This document shows positions 9,405-19,636 of a stretch of 64,000 bases of DNA, piece by piece. This DNA is from Alphaproteobacteria bacterium (GTDB lineage: Bacteria > Pseudomonadota > Alphaproteobacteria > UBA828). The notes beneath the pieces were generated by a model. The model did not search any database and had not been told where the DNA came from. It worked only from the letters and a program-made list of their open reading frames with translations. The stretch spans positions 128,001 through 192,000 of the forward strand of contig CBDCQT010000013.1 in assembly GCA_965220745.1 (NCBI GenBank), read 5' to 3'. Both the position numbers and the translations under genes were made by a program. Each line of letters begins with the position of its first letter. Within the stretch, counting starts at the first letter, position 1.

Positions 9405-10637
9405 TCAGGGGTGCGGACGGTCCAGATTGAGGGCGCCTCCAAGCAGATATTCGTGGATGGCCATCGCGCAACTCACCGACCTCTCGGAGGAGGGGTTCGC
9501 GAGGATACCGGTGATGACCTCGGCACGACGCGGCGCTATCCCCTCGGCAACGACTTGCCGGGCTGCATCGACGTAGCCGGGCGCTTCCGACAAGGGGCCG
9601 GCAAGCAATATGACCTCGGGCACGACCAGACGGGCGAGCTGAACAACGACGCGACCGAGCTCGCGACCCGCTCTCGCCATCAATGCTCTAACCATCGGAT
9701 CGTCGGTTTGGTCACGCTCCACGGCTTCGCGAAGGGATTGCGCCACAGAGGAGGGCGGCGATCGTGAGGGCGTCATGACTTCGCCATGCAAGCACCGCAG
9801 TATGCCGAGTCCGCCCCCCAGCTGGTCAAGCGTCGAGACGGTACCGTTCTCTCCGGTCACTTCCATTTCGCCGATCCCCCCGCCAGGGAATCCTTCTCGA
9901 TCAACCAGTCGGCCTCCCAAAATTACGACCGCGTCGATCCCCAGCCCGCAGACCAGCGTCAGCACGTTGTTGAAACCGCGTGCCGCACCAAAGAGCGTCT
10001 CTGCCTGCGCGATGGCGGCCGCCATTGATCGGACTCTCACCGGCAGGTCGAGGACGTCTGCAAGCCTCGCGCGCAGCGGAAAACGCCCCCATCCTAGATA
10101 AGGAGAATCCAGTAGGTCTCCTCGTACTGGGTCCACTGCGCCCGCGATCGTAAGAACACCGCCGATCAGGCGCCCTCGATCATCGAGATGCGCCCCGATC
10201 AGGCGTCGACTCTCTCGTGCCACGCGCCGGATGACCAAGTCTGGCTCTTCAACGGAATCGAGCTCGACACTGCTGGCCGCAATGGTCCTGTTCTTGATAT
10301 CGGCCAACGTGACTGTCAGGAAGGTCGGGTCAATGCCGATTCCCAGCACTTGGCCTCCTTGGGGGTCAATATCCAAGCGCATGGTGCGGCGTCCCGGTTT
10401 GACCGGACCATCGCGGAGCTTTTCGGGCAATTCCCGCACCAGGCCTTCATCGATTAGTGGACGTGCGATGCGCGACACTGCCCCTGCGGTCAGGCCGACT
10501 CTATCCGCAATTGCCGTTCTGGATATGGGTCCGAACAGCAGGATTTGCTCGAGAACCGACTGACGGTTCCGGCGGCCCTTTTCGCTGACGCGACCGTCTT
10601 CTTCTCGTCCCCGGATAATCGGGTGGTCGCGAGTCAT
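9405..10637 (-). CDS. ROK family transcriptional regulator
   Basis: N-terminal HTH (GPISRTAIADRVGLTAGAVSRIARPLIDEGLV), PGRR, ROK sugar-kinase-like body. Confidence 0.85.
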   Translation of the reverse strand: MTRDHPIIRGREEDGRVSEKGRRNRQSVLEQILLFGPISRTAIADRVGLTAGAVSRIARPLIDEGLVRELPEKLRDGPVKPGRRTMRLDIDPQGGQVLGIGIDPTFLTVTLADIKNRTIAASSVELDSVEEPDLVIRRVARESRRLIGAHLDDRGRLIGGVLTIAGAVDPVRGDLLDSPYLGWGRFPLRARLADVLDLPVRVRSMAAAIAQAETLFGAARGFNNVLTLVCGLGIDAVVILGGRLVDREGFPGGGIGEMEVTGENGTVSTLDQLGGGLGILRCLHGEVMTPSRSPPSSVAQSLREAVERDQTDDPMVRALMARAGRELGRVVVQLARLVVPEVILLAGPLSEAPGYVDAARQVVAEGIAPRRAEVITGILANPSSERSVSCAMAIHEYLLGGALNLDRPHP

Positions 10638-10926
10638 GCTTGGCTCATCCGCGGCTCGTGACGGCGCAGGCGCAGCCCATCAGCTTGCACCTCGCTGCGG
10701 CGCGGGTTCGTTCAGGTTTGCCAAAGGCGACAGCGATCTCCCACCGGCCATTAGTGACCCACGAAACTGTGTCGGTTGCGCCGCGCCAGCGGGTGTCGTT
10801 CCCGATGCTCGATCCGCTCCGGCACTCCGCCAACCCCTTGATCCTAGCCGGGATGCGTGCGAGTAGACGGAAGCGCACCGCCTTTGTGAAATACAAAGTT
10901 TTCGGCGAATCGATACCGATTCTGTT

Positions 10927-11400
10927 ATGCTAAAAAATCCCGATGGACCGCTCCCGCGGATGCACGCCCTGCGTGCGTTCGACGCCGCCGCACGACATTC
11001 GAGCTTCAACCGTGCCGCCGAGGAGCTGGGGACCCACCAGCCTTCCGTCAGCCGCTACATCGCGGAGCTGGAGCACGAGATCGGCGTCCGACTGTTCGAA
11101 CGCAGCCACCGCGCCGTAAGCCTCACTCCGGCGGGAGAAGTCTTCCATCGCGCCGTCGCCGTCGGTCTGGCGCGCATCGCCGCGGGTGCGCGTACGGCTT
11201 CGAGCGTCTCGGAGGATCAGCGGGTGGTCGTCGCCTGCGGCCCTGGAACCTCGTACCAGTTTGTGATGCCGCGCTTCCAAGACCTGCACCAGGCGATCGG
11301 TGAGGACGCCTGCCTGCGCGTCCTCACGCTCGACCCCGACATGCTCGACCGCCTGGGCGACGGTGCAGGAGCGCCGGCCGAAGCCGGGCGCGCAGGGTAA
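10927..11400 (+). pseudogene. Truncated LysR-family (GcvA-like) regulator
   Basis: Intact HTH (ALRAFDAAARHSSFNRAAEEL...LFER...LTPAG) but only 157 aa versus about 300 for a full LysR. Confidence 0.75.
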
Positions 11401-12007
11401 TAGAGTAACGCTCCCTGGCAGCGGAGGCACGGTAAAAGCACAAATTGTTTTCAACAAGACACGTTATATTCACGAAGTCATGTCTAGATTGTGATTTGTG
11501 GATGAAGAGGTTGCTGCTCCGACTCGCTAACGATGCGGAGACAGGGTCGCTTGAAGCGCGCCGCAGGGGGCGGCGAAAACTGCGAACGCGTCGGCGCGAC
11601 CGATAATGGCGCTTGAACCGGGCTCACAAACTGGTTCTTGGAACCGGTCACAGAAGAAGCGATGATTCGCTTGACCCCTTATTCTTCGATTTCTCAGCAT
11701 GGGTGGCGGAGTTTACGGACGAGTGCCTCCGGCGCTGCGCGCCGCGTCGGAAGCTCTCGGGACGCGCCGCACGGCATTTCAACATGGCCCGTAGCCCCCA
11801 CCTCCGGGTGTCTTCAACGCGAAGGTATCCGAACGCTTCAGATCAATGTTGCACGCTCGATAATCCCCGCAGCGCACATGCCTCAACTTGGCGATGTGTG
11901 TGTCGAGATGCTAAACGAGGGACGTGGCTACGCCGTTAAGTGCGAGGACGGTCGCGAGAGTCCACCAGCGAGGTCTCGACAAGGCCTCTTCAACAGGGGA
12001 GGTTCGA

Positions 12008-12706
12008 ATGCCCTCCAACCGGAACGTGTCGCGTGACCTGGCGTTCGCCGACAATCATCTCTATGCGAAGCTGTTCACCGATGTGGAGCTCCTGGAGGTG
12101 GACGGCATCGTCGTCAATTTGTCCCCACAAGCAATCCATGTGGAGGGAGACGTCCGAACGGCCATTCAGCCATGGCGGTCCACAATCATCCGTGGAAACC
12201 GGGTTGTCGAGGCCGAGCGGATTGCGGTCTTGCGCATCACGGACCTAGAGAATCTCGGCGGTGTCATGTTCCGCGGATGGGACTGGTTTGGCGATGTGTT
12301 CGACGGATTTCCCAGACAAACGCCCTTGTACCTGGCGCCAGTCGACAATGTCGGTCGCACAGAAGAGGATCCGTTGGCATTCACGATGGAGCGTGAGAGT
12401 CGCGAGCAGCTCCAGCCCTTCGACATCGTGGTCAAGTGTTGGTGGTCGCCCAATGAAACGGACTGCCTCATACATAACGAGCATTCATTCCTCGAATTGC
12501 ACACCCAGGTGCACGGAACGGGGCGGCTGCAGAAGTTCCGCGAACCGGATGCGTCCACGCTGTACGAGGATGTGATCATGGCGCCGGGCTTCACCCATGA
12601 ACCGTTCTGCACGGTGGCCGGAGAGAACGAGTTTACCTACGCCTGGCACCGCTACTACACGGTTACCGAGAGCATCTGGTTCGTGACTGAGTTGCACCCC
12701 GTATGA
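12008..12706 (+). CDS. His-rich cupin-like protein (possibly related to the aldos-2-ulose dehydratase cupin domain)
   Basis: RBS GGGAGG; motifs DCLIHNEH, ELHTQ, APGFTHEPF, YAWHRY. Confidence 0.55.
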   Translation: MPSNRNVSRDLAFADNHLYAKLFTDVELLEVDGIVVNLSPQAIHVEGDVRTAIQPWRSTIIRGNRVVEAERIAVLRITDLENLGGVMFRGWDWFGDVFDGFPRQTPLYLAPVDNVGRTEEDPLAFTMERESREQLQPFDIVVKCWWSPNETDCLIHNEHSFLELHTQVHGTGRLQKFREPDASTLYEDVIMAPGFTHEPFCTVAGENEFTYAWHRYYTVTESIWFVTELHPV

Positions 12707-12869
12707 ATTGAACGGAGCGGCTGCGCGGAACTGGCGGCTTGCGTCATGTTCATTTCTGCGATGGCGAGGGTGTGGCAAAGAGCCGAATGCGTGAAGGAAG
12801 TGCTTGCGCAGAACGAACAAGCGCTGCGCGAGGAGAGGCGACCCTGTTCGTCTTTGTAAGGCTAAACTA

Positions 12870-12949
12870 TTGTTCGGCGCGCAGATTGGATGCCGATCGG
12901 CGTGGCAACGTGTTGATTTCCTTTGATTCCGAGGGGTCAAACGATGGTG
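12870..12949. repeat. ~80-bp direct repeat, copy 1 (IHF consensus plus hairpin)
   Basis: Aligns without gaps to 17043-17122 with about 11 mismatches. Confidence 0.85.
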
Positions 12950-13243
12950 CCGATAAGGGGTCAATTTTCCACGCCTAACAACAGTTCCTTACCGACAAAG
13001 GATCGCTCACTTCAGCCTCGACGGAGAATGCAGAGTGCAGGGTTGAATTTCCAGGGGGCCGCTCCCCGCGATAAGCACCCGTGAAAGGAATGGGGACGAT
13101 GATGCCACGCCACTTGGCGCTCGCCGGGAGCGGCATGAGCGCGGGATCGCCACCAGCCACCTGCGGGCGCACGCGCCATCGCGAAGAATCCGAGGGCCGG
13201 CGACGGGGACGACACGTCCCATTCGAACCGACTCGCAAGGACG

Positions 13244-15595
13244 TTATTCTTCGCCGGGCGGGGCCATGCGGTAGCCGACGCCGCGAACGTTGAATATCCA
13301 GGTCGGGTTCGCCGCGTCCTCACCGAGCTTGGCGCGGAGCTTCTTGATGAAGTTGCGAATGAGATCCATGTCGCCGGCCTCGCGCCCACCCCAGACCTGG
13401 CGCAGCAGCGCCTCGTAGGTCACGACCCGTCCCGCGTTGAGCGAGAGGACGCGCAGCAACTCGTATTCCGTCGCGGTAAGCGTTACTTCGCGCCCGGCAA
13501 CCGTGACCCGGTGCGACTCGTAGTGGATGGCGAGCGCGCCGAGCGCGAAGGGCTCGGGGCGTGCGACGCGCCGGAGCGCCGCCTCGACCCGGGCGATGAG
13601 CTCGGTGGGCGAGAACGGCTTGACGACGTAGTCGGCGGCGCCCGCCTTCAACGCCCTCGCGACGGTCTCGTCGCGGCCGTAGCCGGAGATGAAGACGACC
13701 GGCAGGTCGGCGAGCTCCGGCACGCTCTCCATCAGCGCAATCCCGTCGGTTCCGGGCAGCATGAGGTCGAGCAGGACAAGGGATGGCTTCTCGGTCCGGA
13801 TGACGTGGGAGAGGTCCGCATGGTCGCCCGTCACGAGGGGGGCGTAGCCCGCTCCACTGAGGATGTCGCGCACGTAGCGAAGTGTCTTCGGGTCGTCGTC
13901 CACCACCAGGATGCGGGTGGGCTCGCGCGGATCGGACGCCGGATCGGCGGAGCGGCGGCCGGAACGGGGGGCTTCGCCTTCACGGGCGTCTTCGACCGCC
14001 GGCAGGGTAAAGGTGAAGCGGCTGCCCTGGCCGGCGCCGCCGCTCTCGGCGCGGATGCGGCCCCCGTGCGCTTCCACCAGCCCCTTGCAGATGACGAGCC
14101 CGAGGCCGGTTCCTGCGATCGCCCGCTCGCCGCCGGCGCCGGCGTACTTGCGAAACAGATGCGGCAGCTGCTCGGGCGCGATGCCCCTGCCTTCGTCCGA
14201 GACCGAAATCGAGACGTGGACGCCGTCGCGCTTGGCCGAGATCTGGATGGGGGAGGAGGCGGGCGAGTGGCTCGCGGCGTTGGCGATCAGGTTGTTCAGA
14301 ACCTGCGCGATGCGCCGGCGGTCGGCCATCACAGGCGGCAGGTCGGGCGACATGTCGATGAGCACGGAGTGCCGGCCGCCGCCGGAAAGGAAGGTATTCC
14401 GCGCACGGTCCACAAGCGCGGCCACCGCCGAGGGTTCCGGCGAGACCGAGAGCGTGCCCGCTTCGATGCGCCCGGCATCGAGCAGGGCGCCGATGAGGCC
14501 GCGCATGTGCCCGGCCTGCTCGTGGATGATGCGATGGAACTCGTGCATCTCGGCCGGATCGAGGTCCGCCGACTCTTCCAGAAGCGTGGCGGCCGAGCCC
14601 AAAATGGAAGTCAGCGGGGCGCGCAGCTCGTGGCTCACCAAGCCGAGGAACTCTGCGCGCAGCCGCTCCAGCTCCTCGAGCGGCGCCAGGTCCTGAAGGG
14701 TCACCACGACCGAGCCGATCCCGCCACCTTCGGCAGGGATGGGCGTGGCGTTGATCAGCGTGCGCACGCTGCGCCCGTCGGGCACCGAGAGCACGACCTC
14801 CTCGGCGCGCAGCGTCTCGCCGGTGCCGAGCTGCTGCGCGATGGGGAACTCGCTCAGGGACACCTCACGGCCGTCGGCCCGGCGGAAGGAGACCACCTCG
14901 AGCAGTTCCTCCGCCGGGCGGCCCGCGGTGCGCAGGCCCTCGACGATGCGCCGCGCCTCGCGGTTGAACGACACCGGCCGGCCGTTCCGGGCATCGAACA
15001 CTACCACGCCGACCGGCGAGGTCTCGATGAGGGCCTCAAGATCAGCCCGTGCCTGGCGCTCGTCGCGATGCGCGCGCGCGTTGGCGATCGCCGTCGCCGC
15101 TTGGCTTGCGAACAGGAGCAGGATCTCCTCGTCCTCGTCGGTGAACGCGGGCGCGCCTTCCTTCTCGCCGAGGAAGAAGTTGCCGACATGGACGCCCCGG
15201 TGGCGCATCGGCGTGCCCTGGAAGGTCTTGGAGCGCATCAGGGCCGGGGAGAAGCCAAGGGAGCGGACCAGGGCGGGGAGGTCGGTGAGCCGGATCGGGC
15301 CGGGCAGGTCGCGGAAATGCGCGAACAGCTTCGGTCCGTCCGGCCAGTCGACGAACTGGCGCTGCTCGTCGGGGGTGAAGCCCGAGGTGACGAACTCGCG
15401 CACCTCGCCCGCCTCGTCGATGGTGGTGATGATGCCGTAGCGCGCGGCGGTCAGCGCGCGGGCGCTGTCGGCCGCCTCCTGCAGCACGGTGGTGACGTCG
15501 AGGCTCGCGCTGATGCGCAGCACCGCCGCGCTAAGCGCCGAGATCCGCTCGCGCAGCGCCTCGACTTCCTGCCGCGGTTCGCTGGTCTCGTTCAC
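13244..15595 (-). CDS. Hybrid GAF-PAS-histidine kinase fused to an OmpR-type response regulator (REC + winged helix)
   Basis: GTG 15595 after AAGGAGGAGG; SHELRAPLTSI H-box, NLIANA/DEGRG/GTGLGL boxes, VVDDD..LLDLMLPG..KPF receiver, LTATEYELL..NVRGVGY DNA-binding domain. Confidence 0.9.
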   Translation of the reverse strand: MNETSEPRQEVEALRERISALSAAVLRISASLDVTTVLQEAADSARALTAARYGIITTIDEAGEVREFVTSGFTPDEQRQFVDWPDGPKLFAHFRDLPGPIRLTDLPALVRSLGFSPALMRSKTFQGTPMRHRGVHVGNFFLGEKEGAPAFTDEDEEILLLFASQAATAIANARAHRDERQARADLEALIETSPVGVVVFDARNGRPVSFNREARRIVEGLRTAGRPAEELLEVVSFRRADGREVSLSEFPIAQQLGTGETLRAEEVVLSVPDGRSVRTLINATPIPAEGGGIGSVVVTLQDLAPLEELERLRAEFLGLVSHELRAPLTSILGSAATLLEESADLDPAEMHEFHRIIHEQAGHMRGLIGALLDAGRIEAGTLSVSPEPSAVAALVDRARNTFLSGGGRHSVLIDMSPDLPPVMADRRRIAQVLNNLIANAASHSPASSPIQISAKRDGVHVSISVSDEGRGIAPEQLPHLFRKYAGAGGERAIAGTGLGLVICKGLVEAHGGRIRAESGGAGQGSRFTFTLPAVEDAREGEAPRSGRRSADPASDPREPTRILVVDDDPKTLRYVRDILSGAGYAPLVTGDHADLSHVIRTEKPSLVLLDLMLPGTDGIALMESVPELADLPVVFISGYGRDETVARALKAGAADYVVKPFSPTELIARVEAALRRVARPEPFALGALAIHYESHRVTVAGREVTLTATEYELLRVLSLNAGRVVTYEALLRQVWGGREAGDMDLIRNFIKKLRAKLGEDAANPTWIFNVRGVGYRMAPPGEE

Positions 15596-16670
15596 GACCT
15601 CCTCCTTCGCTGACCCGGTCCGCACTCCAGTTCCCGCAGCCTACGGTCGTCCGCTGCGGCGCACGGGACGCACGCTCGGCGAGGCTTCGACTGTGCTGGC
15701 GGCACAGATGCACCCGGGCCAACGTACTCCAACATTTACGGAAAAAACACCAACATGACCGAGTTTGGCACACACAATTTACAAATAGTTCGGTAAGAAT
15801 TGCCCTCCAGGGCACTCGTTCGCGCGTGTCGCGCGCGCAGCAGCAGGAATGGCAGGACGCTCTCCATATGTCGGTTCTTGATGACTCTGGTTCGGCAGAT
15901 GCCAGACAAGCGGCTTCATGAGGCACGAAGAGCAAGATGACACCACGCGGCCGGAACGGAGCGGGCAACCGATGGTGACGGCGTCGTGCCGAGCGTCGAT
16001 CCTGGTGTGGTCCTGCCGAAGGTGGTGGGTTGGTGACCAACACGAGTCGTCGAACGATGCGGATACGCGAACTCGTCGCCATCCTCGCGGGTGTTGTAGT
16101 CGCAGGCGTCGCGTGAAACCAGCGCCGGGCCATGCTTGGTCGCGACAGAAACCTGGGCTCGATCAGCGAGCGCCTTGCCCTCATCAAAGGCCTGCTCCGG
16201 GGAAGCCGGGCCCTTCCGGAAGAAGAGGCATCGGCATCACGGAAAGGGCGGGAGCCTTTGGAGCATCAGCTCGATCCCTGTCTCGGCTTCCGTCCCTTGG
16301 GGCCGTCCGCCTTGTTCCTGCGGTCGCGGCGGGAACGTCCTTACTGGCGGACGGCTCCATCTCCAGGTTCGGTCCCCAATATTGGTTCGGGACCACTCGG
16401 CCGCCTGCCCCATCCTCGTGACGCCTTGTTGTGCTGCCGTGGGCGGGCGGCCGCTTTTTTGGTGTCCACCAGCATGAGGGGCCGTTCTGCCTGCGGTCTG
16501 GCGGTAGCAGACGCCCCCTCCCTCGCGGTCTACGGCGGAGGCAGCGACCCGGATTCGCAGCCGGCCCTCAGCCTCGGCACCTCCGAAATCGTACTTGGCG
16601 ACGCCGAGGACGGCAGGCGTTGCGTACGGGAGGTGAGGTACGGCGGGCTTCAGCGGTGGAGGTCACGGCA

Positions 16671-17009
16671 ATGGAGTTGAGCGCAGATCGGGAGGACGGC
16701 ATCCTGTCCGTGCGCGTGCAGGGGCGAATAGACGGCGCCAACGTCCGGCAGTTCATGGAGACTGTCCGATGCGCCACCGAAGACGGCGACCGCGCGGTGA
16801 TCATGGATTTCGAGCGGCTGGTCTACATCAGCAGCTCCGGACTTCGGGCCGTGCTCATGACCGCGAAGAGCCTCCGGAGCCGGGACGTCGGGTTCGCGCT
16901 GTGCTCCCTTTCCGACGTCGTCCGTGCTGCGTTTGGGACCAGCGGCTTCGACAGGATCATCGCGATCCATCCGACCAAGGCCGACGCGCTGGCGGCGCTC
17001 GATTGCTGA
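16671..17009 (+). CDS. STAS-domain anti-sigma factor antagonist
   Basis: RBS GGAGG; GRID, YISSSGLR phospho-serine motif, SGFDRII. Confidence 0.88.
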   Translation: MELSADREDGILSVRVQGRIDGANVRQFMETVRCATEDGDRAVIMDFERLVYISSSGLRAVLMTAKSLRSRDVGFALCSLSDVVRAAFGTSGFDRIIAIHPTKADALAALDC

Positions 17010-17042
17010 CGCGGTCGTTTTGTACCTTGGAGACCCTACCTG

Positions 17043-17122
17043 TTGTTCGGTGCGTAGGTTGGATGCAAATCGGCGTGGCAACATGTTGATTCCCTTTGAT
17101 TCCGAGGAATCAAACGACGGCG
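17043..17122. repeat. ~80-bp direct repeat, copy 2
   Basis: Contains CAACATGTTGATT (IHF consensus on minus strand) and perfect inverted repeat TTTGATTCC-GA-GGAATCAAA. Confidence 0.85.
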
Positions 17123-17252
17123 ATCGACAACACCCTGAGTGCAATTGCAGGCGGGGGCGACCAAGCCCGCTTGAGTGTGGGATATAACGGGATATATGAT
17201 TTAGCGTCGCCTCTGAAAACGACGGTTCATCAATAAGTTATCCGACTCTAGC

Positions 17253-17328
17253 TGGTAGCGGGGGAGGGACTCGAACCCCCGACCCATGGATTATGATTCC
17301 ACTGCTCTACCGACTGAGCTACCCCGCC
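17253..17328 (-). tRNA. tRNA-Met(CAT), elongator type
   Basis: GGCGGGGTAGCTCAG...GTGGA-ATCATAA-TCCAT...GTTCGAGTCC...ACCA cloverleaf, 76 nt. Confidence 0.95.
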
Positions 17329-17585
17329 CCAGGAGCCGGAAGCGCATCGCTATACGCGGCGCCCTCGCCGCCTGTCAAGCGCACCGCAGAGGGGGCGGCC
17401 TCGTCTAGCGGAACGGCGGCGAATAGAGGGCGCCGCGTCTGCTTTCGATCGAGTGCCCGGCAGTTGCCTCCAGGCCGGTCTCCCCATAACATCCTGCCGC
17501 CCGGCACACGGGGAGGCCGGGCCATGATCGAATCGGCGCGTCGTCGAGCCCGAGCGGCCCGGCGTGCGCCTCACTGCGTGGGAGA

Positions 17586-19634
17586 GTGGTGTTGACAGAT
17601 TATCTGGTCGGGATCGACGTCGGAGGCACGTTTACGGATTTCGTGAGCTACAATTCTGAGACCAGGGCGGTCGATGTTTGGAAGATCCTGTCGACGCCCC
17701 ACGACCCCAACGAAGGCATCCTGGGCGGGCTCGGGCGCTTCGAGGCGCCGTCGGACATCCGTAACATCAGGCTGGGGACGACGGTGGCGACCAACGCGAT
17801 CCTGGAGCGCAAGGGCGCGAAGGTTGCCTACGTGACCACGGAGGGCTTTCGCGACATCCCCTTCATCCAGCGGGGCAATCGACGCAGCCACTACGACATT
17901 ACCTGGATCAAGCCGAAGCCGCTGGTCAAGCGCCGCAACTGCTACGAGGTGAACGAGCGGATCATGTCCGACGGCACGGTACACGTGCCGCTCGACGAAG
18001 ACGGGGTCCGCGCCATCGCGCAGCAGATCAGGGAGGAGGGCTCCATCGAGGCCGTGGCCGTCAACTTCCTGTTCTCGTACGTGACGCCGGATCACGAACG
18101 GCGCGCCAAGGAGATTCTGGAAGAGGAGCTGCCGGATATCCCCATCTCCATCTCCTACGACGTGCTGCCGAAGTGGAAGGAGTACGAGCGCGCGTCCACC
18201 ACCATCGCGGACGCCTACGTCAAGCCGGTGGTCAACAGCCAGGTCGCGAACCTGCGCGAGCGCTTCAAGGGGAGCGGGGTGACCGACCAGGCCGTCGTCA
18301 TCAAGTCCAACGGCGGCGAGATGACCCTGGAGGCGGCGCAGCGGACGCCGATCCAGATGACCGTCTCCGGCCCGACGGGCGGGGTGATCGCGGGCAAGCA
18401 TGTCGCCAAGCTGAGCGGCATCAGCCACCTCGTCACCCTCGACATGGGCGGCACGTCGACCGACACGTCGACCATCGTGGGCGGGCAGGAGAACTTCACC
18501 ACCGACTACGAGGTGGAGTTCGGCGTCCCCATCCAGATCCCCATGATCGATATCCGCACCATCGGTGCAGGCGGCGGCTCCATCGCCTGGATCGACAAGG
18601 GCGGCATGCTGCGCGTGGGGCCCGAGAGCGCAGGCGCGAACCCCGGCCCCGCCTGCTACGGCACCGGCGGCGAGCGCCCGGCGGTGACCGACGCCAACCT
18701 GCTGCTCGGCCGCATCAACCCGGAAAACTTCCTGGGCGGCGAAATGGCCCTCGATGTGGCCGCGGCGGAGAAGGCGATCGCGACGGTTGCGGAGCCCTTG
18801 GGACGCACCGCCGAGGAGACCGCACTCGCCATCGTGCAGATCGCCAACAACAACATGGTGGGGGCGCTCCGCTCGGTGCTGATCGAGCGCGGTCTCGACC
18901 CGCGCGACTTCGCGCTCTTGGCCTTCGGCGGCGCGGGCCCGCTGCATTCGGCCGACCTGATGAACGACGCGGGCATCCCGTCGGGCGTCATCCCCAACTA
19001 CCCCGGCCAGTTCTCGGCCTTCGGCTTCATCCTCACCGATGCCCGCGTCGACGTGCAGCGCACGGTGCAGATGACCTCCAAGCGCTTTGACCAGGCGCGC
19101 GCATCGGAGGTGATGCACGCGCTGATCGAGACCGGCATCGCCGAGCTGAAGGCGCAGGGCTACGTCAAGAACATCGAGATCTACCGTTCGCTGGAGATGC
19201 GCTATCTCGGCCAGAACTACGAGCTGGAGATCCCGATCGCCTTCGAGTCCTTCACGGACGAGACCACGCCCAAGGTCTGGCAGGCGTTCCACGACATGCA
19301 CCTCGCGCGCTTCGGCTTCAACATTCCGCGCGAGGTGATCGAGGTCATCACGGTCAAGGCGACCGTGGTCTCGCTCACCGAGAAGCCCGATCTCGCCACC
19401 ATCGGCAAGGCCGACGGCGAGCCCGAGGTCGTCTCCACACGCTCGGTCGTGTTCGACGACGGGCGCCACGACACGCCGATCTACAACCGCGCCCAGCTGC
19501 GCGACGGCCACGCGATCACCGGGCCTGCGGTTATCGAGGAGCCGGTCTCGGTGACCGTCTTGCGCCCCGGCCAACCCATGAAGGTGGATCAGTACGGCAA
19601 TCTTCTGATCGGCCGCATCGCCGAGGAGTCCTGA
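17586..19634 (+). CDS. Hydantoinase A / oxoprolinase family subunit
   Basis: GIDVGGTFTD, GTTVATN, DMGGTSTD, GAGGGSIA, GPESAGANPGPACY. Confidence 0.93.
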   Translation: MVLTDYLVGIDVGGTFTDFVSYNSETRAVDVWKILSTPHDPNEGILGGLGRFEAPSDIRNIRLGTTVATNAILERKGAKVAYVTTEGFRDIPFIQRGNRRSHYDITWIKPKPLVKRRNCYEVNERIMSDGTVHVPLDEDGVRAIAQQIREEGSIEAVAVNFLFSYVTPDHERRAKEILEEELPDIPISISYDVLPKWKEYERASTTIADAYVKPVVNSQVANLRERFKGSGVTDQAVVIKSNGGEMTLEAAQRTPIQMTVSGPTGGVIAGKHVAKLSGISHLVTLDMGGTSTDTSTIVGGQENFTTDYEVEFGVPIQIPMIDIRTIGAGGGSIAWIDKGGMLRVGPESAGANPGPACYGTGGERPAVTDANLLLGRINPENFLGGEMALDVAAAEKAIATVAEPLGRTAEETALAIVQIANNNMVGALRSVLIERGLDPRDFALLAFGGAGPLHSADLMNDAGIPSGVIPNYPGQFSAFGFILTDARVDVQRTVQMTSKRFDQARASEVMHALIETGIAELKAQGYVKNIEIYRSLEMRYLGQNYELEIPIAFESFTDETTPKVWQAFHDMHLARFGFNIPREVIEVITVKATVVSLTEKPDLATIGKADGEPEVVSTRSVVFDDGRHDTPIYNRAQLRDGHAITGPAVIEEPVSVTVLRPGQPMKVDQYGNLLIGRIAEES

Positions 19635-19636
19635 CC

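Noticed and set aside
11613-12007. Short overlapping ORFs upstream of the cupin gene
   Set aside because: No motifs, weak starts and atypical composition; coding status unsupported.
12902-12918. TGGCAAC...TTG as a sigma-54 promoter
   Set aside because: Lacks GC at the required GG-N10-GC spacing; better explained as an IHF site.
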